DNA of 64,000 bases from Methylocystis sp. (GTDB lineage Bacteria > Pseudomonadota > Alphaproteobacteria > Rhizobiales > Beijerinckiaceae), in the NCBI RefSeq assembly GCF_050251305.1, contig NZ_JBFWNB010000001.1, positions 65,044 to 129,043 on the forward strand, read 5' to 3'. Made by a program: the position numbers and the translations under genes. The notes under the pieces are model-generated. The model was given only the letters and a program-made list of their open reading frames with translations. It had not been told where the DNA came from and ran no database searches. How positions within the stretch are numbered: the stretch's first letter is position 1; each line of letters opens with the position of its first letter. Below, one piece after another: positions 49,154 through 57,770 of this stretch.

Positions 49154-49684
49154 TTAAACCTTCTCGACCTGGCCGAATTCGAGTTCGACGGGGGTCGGCC
49201 GCCCGAAGATCGACACGGCGACCTTGAGGCGCGAACGCGCTTCGTCGATTTCCTCGACGAGGCCGTTGAAGGAGGCGAACGGCCCGTCGGCGACGCGCAC
49301 CGTCTCGCCGACCTCGAACATGATCGTCGGCTTCGGCCGCTCGACGCCCTCGGCGACCTGGCCCTTGATGCGCAGCGCTTCTTCCTCGCTGATCGGCATC
49401 GGCTTGTTGTCGGCCCCGAGAAAGCCCGTCACCTTCGGCGTATTCTTGATGAGCGAGAAGACCTGATCGCTCAGATCGCATTTCACCAGCACATAGCCGG
49501 GAAAGAATTTGCGCTCGGCGGAGACCTTGCGGCCGCGCCGCACCTCCATGACCTGTTCGGTCGGGACCAGAATCTCTTCGAACTGGTCGGAGAGACCGCG
49601 CTGCGCCGCGCCCTCGCGAATCGCGTCGGCGACCTTCTTTTCGAAGTTCGAATAGGCGTGGACGATATACCAGCGCATGCTCAT
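49154..49684 (-). CDS. nusG: Transcription termination/antitermination factor NusG
   Basis: WYIVHAYSNFEKKV, FFPGYVLV, KOW motif DGPFASFNG, IFGRPTPVEL. Confidence 0.99.
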   Translation of the reverse strand: MSMRWYIVHAYSNFEKKVADAIREGAAQRGLSDQFEEILVPTEQVMEVRRGRKVSAERKFFPGYVLVKCDLSDQVFSLIKNTPKVTGFLGADNKPMPISEEEALRIKGQVAEGVERPKPTIMFEVGETVRVADGPFASFNGLVEEIDEARSRLKVAVSIFGRPTPVELEFGQVEKV

Positions 49685-49708
49685 AGCGGCGCCATCAGCT
49701 CCAATTGT

Positions 49709-49900
49709 TTATCGCCCGACGCCCAGCATCAGGCCGACGCCGAAACGCAGCGCCGAATCGACGATGACGAAAAACAGGCTCGCGAATAACACCATCAGGA
49801 TCACCAGACCGGTCGTGATCAGCGTTTCGCGGCGCGTCGGCCAAGTGACCTTCGCCGCCTCTGCGCGGACTTCCTGCAGGAACTGAAACGGATTGACCAT
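49709..49900 (-). CDS. secE: Preprotein translocase SecE
   Basis: FLQEVRAEAAKVTWPTRRET followed by a TM helix. Confidence 0.97.
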   Translation of the reverse strand: MVNPFQFLQEVRAEAAKVTWPTRRETLITTGLVILMVLFASLFFVIVDSALRFGVGLMLGVGR

Positions 49901-50084
49901 TCGACTACCGGGCTGTGGGACGCGCGATCCACCCTTGTGACCCGCGCCGTAAAACGATCGCGGCGCGGGACCTGCCGGCCGCGCGCCACGAATGAGCGGG
50001 TTTATAGCCCCTTAGCGCCGCGCCGCCAAGCGAAAAACGCGCGTCGACGCACGGCGAGCCGGCGACGTCTGGCGCGTAAGACCG

Positions 50085-51305
50085 TCATCCCAGCGCGGCG
50101 GCGGAATGGAGGATGGCGCGCGCCTCCGCCAACGCCACGAGATCCGGCGGCAACAATCGGGCTTCCTCGGGCGTGATATAGGCGATTCGCCTCGGCAGGT
50201 CGGGACCGAGCCGCGCCATCGCCTCTCTGAGGTTCGCCGGATCATAGCGGGTCTCCGCGACGCCGTAGATTTCGCAGCTGCGGCCGAGCTTGGCCAGCGC
50301 GCTCCAATGGACCTTCTCATTGACCTGTTCCTCGCCAGGGTCCCCGCTGGAGGTGAAAAAGCTGTTGGCGGGGGCGCCGGCCGGAAACATCTCGCGGCTG
50401 CGTGGAAAATTCCGGTCGACGGGATATTTCTCCGCCGAATCCGGAATGTCGCCGTCGATGTTCGGCGTCAGCGTTCGCCGGATCGCTTCGGCGTCGAAGG
50501 AGAGGCCGGTCAGCGCCTGCGTGCGCGCGATCATCCAGATCAAGGCGATGTCGGACAAGCCGGATTCCGGATATCCGCCGCCCACATTGCAGTGGACGCC
50601 GGGAAACCAGTTCTGCTCGATATTCCGGGGATGCGGCGCCCCCTTCTTCACCGTCCAGAAGGTCGGCGTAAAGGGGCGGCGGCGCTCGTCGACGCCAATC
50701 GCATGCAGCGCATGGTCGACATGCCCGCCGAGTTGCGTGTCCTCGAAACCTCCGAACACCGCCAGCGTGATATAGCGGCCGAGCGGCGCAAGCCCGCTGA
50801 AGCCTGCGGGCACGCCATATGAGCCGACCGTGTCGAAGACGCCGAGCAGCTTGATGCGATTGTTCGTCTGTATGTCGGGACCGCTCGGCGGCGCGCCCTG
50901 CTGCGAGGCCTTTCGCGCGCTCTTATTCGCGCGCGCGATGTCGAAGATGTTTTTGTCTCTGGTCTTTCTGACGCCGCAGTCGCCGATCAGGCCGGCCAAG
51001 GCGCGCGCGGCATAGGCGCCGCGCGAAAACCCATAGATGTAGAGCTCCTGATCGTCGCGATAATTGTCGACGACCCAATTGTAGGCGTCCTGCACGATGG
51101 CGCGCAGGCCCAGACCTGCGGCGCCGCCGACGATCTTGAACCCTTCGGCGCCGACGCCGGAGAAGTAGCCGACATTCTGCTCGACGCCGTCAGCGCCGTC
51201 TCGCGGAATGAGCGGCTCCTCGAATTCCCAGGACTTCTTGCAGATGTTGGTGCAATCGCGCGGCGTGTTCCACGTGCCGTCGAGCAATACGACATTGCGA
51301 ATCAT
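50085..51305 (-). CDS. DUF2235 (Tle1-like alpha/beta hydrolase) protein
   Basis: LLDGTWN, YFSGVG, YGFSRGAYAARALAG, GVFDTVGS, HAIGVDERR, WFPGVHCNVGGG; start reassigned to 51305 (GGAGG RBS). Confidence 0.92.
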   Translation of the reverse strand: MIRNVVLLDGTWNTPRDCTNICKKSWEFEEPLIPRDGADGVEQNVGYFSGVGAEGFKIVGGAAGLGLRAIVQDAYNWVVDNYRDDQELYIYGFSRGAYAARALAGLIGDCGVRKTRDKNIFDIARANKSARKASQQGAPPSGPDIQTNNRIKLLGVFDTVGSYGVPAGFSGLAPLGRYITLAVFGGFEDTQLGGHVDHALHAIGVDERRRPFTPTFWTVKKGAPHPRNIEQNWFPGVHCNVGGGYPESGLSDIALIWMIARTQALTGLSFDAEAIRRTLTPNIDGDIPDSAEKYPVDRNFPRSREMFPAGAPANSFFTSSGDPGEEQVNEKVHWSALAKLGRSCEIYGVAETRYDPANLREAMARLGPDLPRRIAYITPEEARLLPPDLVALAEARAILHSAAALG

Positions 51306-51470
51306 TTTCTCCTCCAACCGCGCGAATCGAAAACGATGGCGCCGGAAAATGAGGCGCCGCAGATGGTGACGCGCTTTGACGGCGTCCGCAAGCAAACATG
51401 AAACGGTTGCCGAGGACGGGCGACCCCAGCTATGAGAAGCGAAACTTCAACCAAGCATTGGAGTGAAACC

Positions 51471-51812
51471 ATGCGCGCACGCCTTTTCCTGCTGGCTGCA
51501 TGCGCCGCGGCGATGAGCGCCGGCTGCAACGCCGCGCGCCAACCGCAAATCGTTCCTTCGGGACCGGGGGGCCCGCCGCCGGGGCGCATGAGCGAAGCGC
51601 CGCCGCCGGGCGCTCCGGGCTGCGCCGGCGCCGTTGCGCGCTATCGGTCCGTGGTCGACAACGACCTCTCGATGGGCCACGTCAACAGGAGCGTTCACGC
51701 GCAGATCTCGAATGAGATCGCCGAAGCGGCGTCCGCCTGTTCGAGCGGTCAGGACGGCCGCGCGCTGTCGCTGCTGCGCGCCTCGAAATCGCGGCACGGT
51801 TATCCGGGATGA
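51471..51812 (+). CDS. Predicted lipoprotein
   Basis: Lipobox-like MSAG-C, Pro/Gly linker, two further Cys. Confidence 0.7.
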   Translation: MRARLFLLAACAAAMSAGCNAARQPQIVPSGPGGPPPGRMSEAPPPGAPGCAGAVARYRSVVDNDLSMGHVNRSVHAQISNEIAEAASACSSGQDGRALSLLRASKSRHGYPG

Positions 51813-51834
51813 GGGTCGCGCGCGACCGGGCGAC

Positions 51835-51855
51835 AGCTTGGAAGCGATCCAGACT
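51835..51855. promoter_or_regulatory. Irr box (ICE)-like site upstream of cupredoxin-FTR1
   Basis: AGCTTGGAA-GCG-ATCCAGACT, 3 mismatches to AGTTTGGAA-N3-TTCCAAACT. Confidence 0.6.
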
Positions 51856-51936
51856 AGATCGATTGACCACATGTTTGGGCGTTCTTACCTTCGGTGAAGA
51901 CGCGTCAAGACAGGTGGCGCTCGGCGAACTTGGGAG

Positions 51937-52278
51937 ATGCGGTTTTTGAAGCGCCACTATCTTACGACCGTTCTTTTGGCCTTGGCTTTGAGCCCTCCGG
52001 GCGGCGCCTTGGCGGAGAACGCCTTCACGCTCACGATCAAGGACCATCGCTTCGAGCCCGCCGAATTGCGCATTCCAGCCAATGAGCCGGCGAAGCTGAC
52101 CGTGAAAAATCTCGACGCGACGCCCGAAGAATTTGAAAGCAAGAGCCTGCGCATCGAGAAAGTGATCCCCGCCGTCAGCGAGGCGACCTTCACCCTTCGA
52201 CCGCTGAAAGCCGGCCGCTACAAATTCGTCGGCGAATTCCACGAAGACGTGGCCAAGGGCGAGGTCATCGCGGAATAG
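51937..52278 (+). CDS. Periplasmic cupredoxin-like protein (FtrB/EfeO N-domain type)
   Basis: Signal peptide, RFEPAELRIPA, PEEFES, GRYKFVGEFHE (no type-1 Cys). Confidence 0.87.
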   Translation: MRFLKRHYLTTVLLALALSPPGGALAENAFTLTIKDHRFEPAELRIPANEPAKLTVKNLDATPEEFESKSLRIEKVIPAVSEATFTLRPLKAGRYKFVGEFHEDVAKGEVIAE

Positions 52279-52281
52279 GCC

Positions 52282-53115
52282 ATGCTCGGCGCGCTAATCA
52301 TCGTCTTTCGCGAAGCCATCGAGGCGGGACTCATCGTTGGCATCGTTCTCGCCGTGACGCGCGGCGTCGCGGGTTCGCGCAGCTTCGTCACGGTTGGCGT
52401 CGGCCTGGGCGCGCTCGGCGCGATCGTCGTCGCCGCCTTCGCCGACCGGCTGTCGCAGGCCTTTGCCGGCAGCGGCCAGGAGTTGTTCAACGCCGCGATT
52501 CTGGCGCTCGCCGTCGTGATGCTCGTCTGGCACAACATCTGGATGGCGCAGCACGGGCGCGAACTGGCGCAGAACCTTTCCGAGGTCGGCCGGGCGGTGG
52601 CGCGCGGCGACGAGACGCTGTTCGCGCTGACCGCGGTGGTGGCGCTGGCGGTGCTGCGCGAAGGCGCCGAGGTGTCGCTGTTTCTCTACGGCATTCTCGC
52701 CTCGGGCGAATCCGGCTGGGACGTCTTCGCCGGGGGCCTCGCCGGACTGGCGCTCGGCGCGGCGACGAGCGTCGCCACCTTCTACGGGCTTGTCGCGATC
52801 CCGGCGAAACGTCTGTTCGCCGTGACGACATGGCTGATCACCCTGCTGGCGGCCGGCCTCGCGGCGCAGTGCGTGGCGTTTCTTCAGCAGGCGGGCTTTA
52901 TCAGCTCGCTCTCAGACACCGCCTGGGACACGTCCTGGCTCCTGTCGGATAAGAGCATCGTGGGGCGGGTGCTGCACACGCTGATCGGCTACGCCGACCA
53001 GCCCTCCGGCATGCAGGTCGCGGTCTATCTGGCGACGCTTGTCGCCATCATTGCGGCGACGAAATTCTTCGCCGCGCGGGCGCATGCGGCCACGGTCCGC
53101 GCGCCGGCCGAATAG
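52282..53115 (+). CDS. FTR1/EfeU iron permease
   Basis: Two RExxE motifs (FREAIE, LREGAE) and about seven TM helices. Confidence 0.93.
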   Translation: MLGALIIVFREAIEAGLIVGIVLAVTRGVAGSRSFVTVGVGLGALGAIVVAAFADRLSQAFAGSGQELFNAAILALAVVMLVWHNIWMAQHGRELAQNLSEVGRAVARGDETLFALTAVVALAVLREGAEVSLFLYGILASGESGWDVFAGGLAGLALGAATSVATFYGLVAIPAKRLFAVTTWLITLLAAGLAAQCVAFLQQAGFISSLSDTAWDTSWLLSDKSIVGRVLHTLIGYADQPSGMQVAVYLATLVAIIAATKFFAARAHAATVRAPAE

Positions 53116-53145
53116 CGCGGCGCTGGCGCAGCCAGCGCCAGCTTC

Positions 53146-55404
53146 TCAGCCGCCGCCGAAGAGCTCTTCGAAAATATTCCGTTCCGGCGCGCCGCGCCGT
53201 TGCCGCGGCCGCTCGATCGAGCCGACCGTCGGGATGTCTTCCGGCGGCAGGAAATCATCCGGCGCGCGGGACGCAGACGGCGGCGGCCGGTCGTGCGCCG
53301 GCCAATCCTGCGGCGCGTCGGCCATCGGCGGCGGCTCGTAGGCGTCGCCTTGAGGCGGCGGAGGCGGAAGCTGCGCCGGCGCCGGGCGCGCGGATTGCGG
53401 CTGCGCCGCGGGCCTCGACTCGCCGGTGAACAGGCCGAACAGGTCGTCGATCGGCCGCGCGATTTCCTCGGGGAGCGCCGCGTTCTCCGAACGCCATGCG
53501 CCCGAGGGCAGCCCGGCGACCGGCTCGCCCTTCAGAGCCAAGTTCATGAAGCGGCTCCAGATCTCAACCGGCAGATTTCCGCCCGAGGCTCTTTTTGTCG
53601 GCGAATTATCGTCGTTGCCAAGCCAGACGCCGGCGATCAGCCGGCCCGTGTAGCCGACGAACCAGGCGTCGCGGAAATCCTGGCTTGTGCCGGTTTTCCC
53701 CGCCGCCTCCCAGCCCGGCAGCGCGGCCTTGCGCGCCGTTCCGGTCAGCAGCGTCTCCCGCATCATGTCGTTCATCATCGCCACATATTGCGGCGCGATC
53801 ACGCGGCCGAGCGAAGCGCTCCTGCGCTGATAGAGCGTCTTGCCGGCGGCGGTCTTCACTCTGAGGATGGCATGCGGCTGCACGGCGATGCCGCCATTGG
53901 CGAAGGGCGTATAGGCGGCGACGAGTTCGAGCGGGGTCACTTCCGACGTGCCGAGCGCGATGGAGGCGTTGGCCTGCAGATCGGATTGAACGCCGAGGCG
54001 ATGCGCGGTCTTCGCGACGGTTTTCGGACCGACTTCGAGGCCGACCCGCACCGCGACGGTGTTGAGCGACAGCGACAGCGCTTTCGTGAGCGTGACCGGC
54101 CCGAGATACTGGCGGCTGTAGTTTTCGGGACGCCAGCCCTTGATGTTGAGCGGTCCGTCCTCGCGCACGGTGTCGGGGGTGAGCCCCTGTTCGAGCCCCG
54201 CAAGATAGACGAAGGGTTTGAAGGCGGAGCCGGGCTGGCGCTTCGCCGACACGGCGCGGTTGAACTGGCTTTGCGCATAGTCCCGTCCGCCGACGAGCGC
54301 CCTGATCGCTCCGGTCGGATCGATGGCGACGAGCGCGCCCTGCCCGACGCCGAACTTGCCGCCCTTTTCGTCGAGCGCCTGTTTGAGCGCGCCTTCCGCA
54401 GCCATCTGCATGCGGCTGTCGATCGTGGTGGTGACGACAATGTCCCGGTCGATCGCGCCGACCGTGTCGTCGAGCATGTCCATGACATAGTCGGCGGCGT
54501 AATTGATCGAGCCTGCGCCGACGTCGCGCCGCGCGGCCGCTGGATGCGCGAGCGCCGCCTTCGCGACCGCTTCGGTGATATGGCCTTCCTGCGCCATGGC
54601 GGCGATCACCTGCGCCGCGCGCTCCGCCGCGCCCTCCGGATTGCGATCGGGCGCCAATTTGCTCGGCGCCTTCATCAAGCCGGCGAGAACGGCGGCTTCG
54701 GACAGGGTGATGGTGCTGGCGCCATGGCCGAAATAGCGCTCGGCGGCGGCTTCGACGCCATAGGCGCCCGAGCCGAAATAGACGCGGTTGAGGTAGAGTT
54801 CGAGGATTTGATCCTTGGAATATTTGCGCTCGAGCCAGAGCGCGAGAATCGCCTCCTGGATCTTGCGCGAGATCGTTCGCTCCTGCGTGAGAAACAGGTT
54901 TTTGGCGAGCTGCTGCGTCAGCGTCGAGCCGCCCTGCATCCCGCCGCGGCCGGTGACGTTGCGGACGACGGCGCGACCGATGCCGATCGGATCGACGCCC
55001 CAATGCGCGTAGAAGCGCCGATCCTCGATGGCGATGAAGGCCTTCGGCACGTAAGGCGGCAGGTCGGCGAGCCTGACCGCCGCGCCGCCGGTGTCGCCGC
55101 GGTTGGCGAGGAGCTCGCCGTTGACGTCCAGGATGGCGATATTGGGCGGCCGCTTGGGCACCGCGAGCTGGTCGATCGGCGGCAGGCGCGAGCCATAATA
55201 GGCGGCGAGGCCGCCGGCGGCGATCGCCCCCCAGAGCGCCATCGTGACGCTCCAATAGATCAGCGCGCCGAAGAACGAACGCGAACGGCGCCGGCGCGGC
55301 GCCTTACGAGCCCGCGCGCGAGGCGACGGACGGCGTTCGGCGCGCAATTCGCCGTAGTCGCCGTCGTCGAACCGTGGTTCGCGACGCTTATCGCTGCGCG
55401 CCAT
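53146..55404 (-). CDS. Class A penicillin-binding protein (PBP1A family)
   Basis: EDRRF, GGSTLTQQLAKN, RKIQE, YLNRVYFG; transpeptidase motifs SAFK, SLN, KTG. Confidence 0.95.
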   Translation of the reverse strand: MARSDKRREPRFDDGDYGELRAERRPSPRARARKAPRRRRSRSFFGALIYWSVTMALWGAIAAGGLAAYYGSRLPPIDQLAVPKRPPNIAILDVNGELLANRGDTGGAAVRLADLPPYVPKAFIAIEDRRFYAHWGVDPIGIGRAVVRNVTGRGGMQGGSTLTQQLAKNLFLTQERTISRKIQEAILALWLERKYSKDQILELYLNRVYFGSGAYGVEAAAERYFGHGASTITLSEAAVLAGLMKAPSKLAPDRNPEGAAERAAQVIAAMAQEGHITEAVAKAALAHPAAARRDVGAGSINYAADYVMDMLDDTVGAIDRDIVVTTTIDSRMQMAAEGALKQALDEKGGKFGVGQGALVAIDPTGAIRALVGGRDYAQSQFNRAVSAKRQPGSAFKPFVYLAGLEQGLTPDTVREDGPLNIKGWRPENYSRQYLGPVTLTKALSLSLNTVAVRVGLEVGPKTVAKTAHRLGVQSDLQANASIALGTSEVTPLELVAAYTPFANGGIAVQPHAILRVKTAAGKTLYQRRSASLGRVIAPQYVAMMNDMMRETLLTGTARKAALPGWEAAGKTGTSQDFRDAWFVGYTGRLIAGVWLGNDDNSPTKRASGGNLPVEIWSRFMNLALKGEPVAGLPSGAWRSENAALPEEIARPIDDLFGLFTGESRPAAQPQSARPAPAQLPPPPPQGDAYEPPPMADAPQDWPAHDRPPPSASRAPDDFLPPEDIPTVGSIERPRQRRGAPERNIFEELFGGG

Positions 55405-55467
55405 CGGATACTCGCCTGTCGCCGCCGCACGGCCCCGAAATGCTTGATGCAGCGTAACGAAGGCCGT

Positions 55468-55482
55468 TTAAGGGCGGGTTAA
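55468..55482. promoter_or_regulatory. CtrA box
   Basis: Perfect TTAA-GGGCGGG-TTAA between the divergent pbp1A and dnaN genes. Confidence 0.7.
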
Positions 55483-55635
55483 GGGCCCCATACGTGGGCG
55501 CGCCGACAAAATATGTTGGACAAACAGGTTCCCGGCGCGCGCGCCCTTGCGCTTCCGGCCCCGCCGCGCCAAAGTTTCCGCCCCCGGCGCGGCGCCCTGT
55601 CGCGCCGCAATAATCCGATCATATGCGGGCGGCTC

Positions 55636-56754
55636 ATGAAGGTCACGATCGAGAGAGCGGCGCTGTTGCGGGCGCTCGGCCACGTTCACCGCGTTGTGGA
55701 GCGGCGCACGACCATCCCGATTCTGGCCAATGTGCTGCTCTCCGCCGCGAACGGCGCGCTCACGCTCAAGGCGACCGATCTCGATCTCGAAATCACCGAA
55801 AAGACGGCTGCGGAGGTTGCGCAGCCCGGCGCGACGACGCTGCCGGCGCATACGCTCTACGACATTGTGCGCAAATTGCCCGAAGGCGCGCAGGTCTCTT
55901 TGGAAGCGACGGGCGACGCCGGACAGCTCACGCTGCGTTCGGGACGTTCGCGCTTCAATCTGTCGAGCCTCCCAGAGAGCGACTTTCCGGACGTCACGTC
56001 CGGCGACTTCAGCCATAAGTTCGCGCTCGCGCCGGCCGATCTCAAGCGGCTCATCGAGAAGACGCAATTCGCGATCTCTTCCGAGGAGACTCGCTACTAT
56101 CTCAACGGCATCTATCTCCACACGCTCGACGTCGACGGCCGCCCGATGCTGCGGGCCGTGGCGACGGACGGCCATCGGCTGGCGCGTCTGGAACTCCCCG
56201 CGCCCGAGGGAAGCGCCGGCATGCCCGGCGTCATCCTGCCGCGCAAGGCCGTCACCGAAGTGCAGCGTCTGATCGAAGACGCGCAGGGAGACGTGTCGAT
56301 CGAACTGTCGATCAACAAGATGCGCTTCACCTTCGGCGACGCGCTGCTGACGACGAAGCTGATCGACGGCACCTTTCCCGATTACGCGCGCGTCATTCCC
56401 GCCGGCAACGACAAGCGGCTCATTGTCGAGCGCGACGTCTTCGCCAAGGCCGTCGACCGCGTCTCGACGATTTCCTCGGAGCGCGGCCGCGCCGTCAAAC
56501 TCTCGCTTTCTGAAGGCAAGCTGGTGCTGTCCGTCACCAATCCGGACCAGGGCTCGGCGGTCGAGGAGCTCGAGGCCGACTATGACGGTCCGCCGCTCGA
56601 TATCGGCTTCAACGCCCGCTACCTCCTGGACATCACGCAGCAGCTCGACAGCGACACGGCGCTCTTCAAGCTCGCCGATCCTGGCTCGCCCACTCTGGTG
56701 CAGGACCGCGACGGCGCCACTGCGCTCTATGTCTTGATGCCGATGCGCGTTTAA
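55636..56754 (+). CDS. dnaN: DNA polymerase III beta clamp
   Basis: MKVTIER, TIPILANVL, ATDLDLE, ETRYYLNG, ATDGHRLA, IDGTFPDY, LMPMRV; start reassigned to 55636. Confidence 0.98.
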   Translation: MKVTIERAALLRALGHVHRVVERRTTIPILANVLLSAANGALTLKATDLDLEITEKTAAEVAQPGATTLPAHTLYDIVRKLPEGAQVSLEATGDAGQLTLRSGRSRFNLSSLPESDFPDVTSGDFSHKFALAPADLKRLIEKTQFAISSEETRYYLNGIYLHTLDVDGRPMLRAVATDGHRLARLELPAPEGSAGMPGVILPRKAVTEVQRLIEDAQGDVSIELSINKMRFTFGDALLTTKLIDGTFPDYARVIPAGNDKRLIVERDVFAKAVDRVSTISSERGRAVKLSLSEGKLVLSVTNPDQGSAVEELEADYDGPPLDIGFNARYLLDITQQLDSDTALFKLADPGSPTLVQDRDGATALYVLMPMRV

Positions 56755-56792
56755 GGCTTGGACCGACGCCTCCAGGCCGTTAGGTTCGACGC

Positions 56793-57650
56793 GTGCTTGC
56801 GGAAATCCCTCATCTTTGGCCGTGGCTCCTCGCCTGTTTTGCGATCGGCGTCGCCGCCGGCGCGTCGACGCGCCCTGCGCCGAACAATAGCCGCATCGCC
56901 CGCTGGCTGGTGTGGAGCGGCCTCGCCTTCGGCGTCGGCGTGCTCGTCGTCCGTCTGGGCGCGCTCGACGCCGCCGCGGCCTTCGTCGAAGGCGGGCTCG
57001 CGGCCTATGCCGTCTTCATTGTCGGCGCCGCGATCGGCGCGCTGATTCGCCATGGCTCGCTGTGGGCGCATGAAGGGTGGTCCGTAGGCCTGGTCGCCGC
57101 GGCGCTCGTCTGGGTCGGGGCGATCGTGATCGATCGATCCCATCACGACGCGAGTCGCCGCGACGCAGCGCTCACGAACGGCGCAGCGCCGGATACGGCT
57201 TCGGCGCCGTCCGGGCGCGTCGACGAAACGCCGGCGGCCGCGCCGCCGCCGACCAAGGCGTCCATTGAAGCGCAAGCGCCCGGCCCGCAACCTACGCCTG
57301 CGCCGAGCGGCATGTCGCTCGTCGATTGCCAGACGGCGCTCGAAGACGTCGCGTCGCCGAGCGAACTTGTCTTTCGCAAAGGCAGCGCGCGACTGACCTC
57401 GTCGGTTTCGCTCGCGCTGGACAAGGCGGCGGCGGTCATACGCCGCTGCCCGGAATATGCGACGATCGAGATCAGGGGCCATGTCCGCGGTTCAGCCGCC
57501 AAAGCGCATAATGACGCGCTGGCGCGACGGCGCGTCGAGGCCGCGATCAACCATCTCCAAGGTCAGGGCGTGGGTGGGCGGCGTCTCGTCGCCTCCCCCC
57601 AGGGATCGGACCAGTCGGAAAGCCGCGCGCTGACCTTTGAGGTTCGGTGA
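56793..57650 (+). CDS. Multi-TM protein with a C-terminal OmpA-like domain
   Basis: About four TM helices, Pro/Ala linker, 'FRKGSARL...IEIRGH...NDALARRRVEAAINHLQGQGV'. Confidence 0.75.
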   Translation: MLAEIPHLWPWLLACFAIGVAAGASTRPAPNNSRIARWLVWSGLAFGVGVLVVRLGALDAAAAFVEGGLAAYAVFIVGAAIGALIRHGSLWAHEGWSVGLVAAALVWVGAIVIDRSHHDASRRDAALTNGAAPDTASAPSGRVDETPAAAPPPTKASIEAQAPGPQPTPAPSGMSLVDCQTALEDVASPSELVFRKGSARLTSSVSLALDKAAAVIRRCPEYATIEIRGHVRGSAAKAHNDALARRRVEAAINHLQGQGVGGRRLVASPQGSDQSESRALTFEVR

Positions 57651-57770
57651 ATGCGGCGGCGCCTCAACTTCGGGCGCCGGCGCGCCATAGCGTCGAGGGC
57701 AATTTCTCCTTAAAACAGCCTCCCTGAGACACGTCTGCGACCCCCACCGGTCCATCGCGAGAGGATCGCC

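Noticed and set aside
51471-51812. Lipoprotein as an immunity partner of the DUF2235 lipase
   Set aside because: It is divergently transcribed rather than co-operonic, and shows no resemblance to known Tli proteins.
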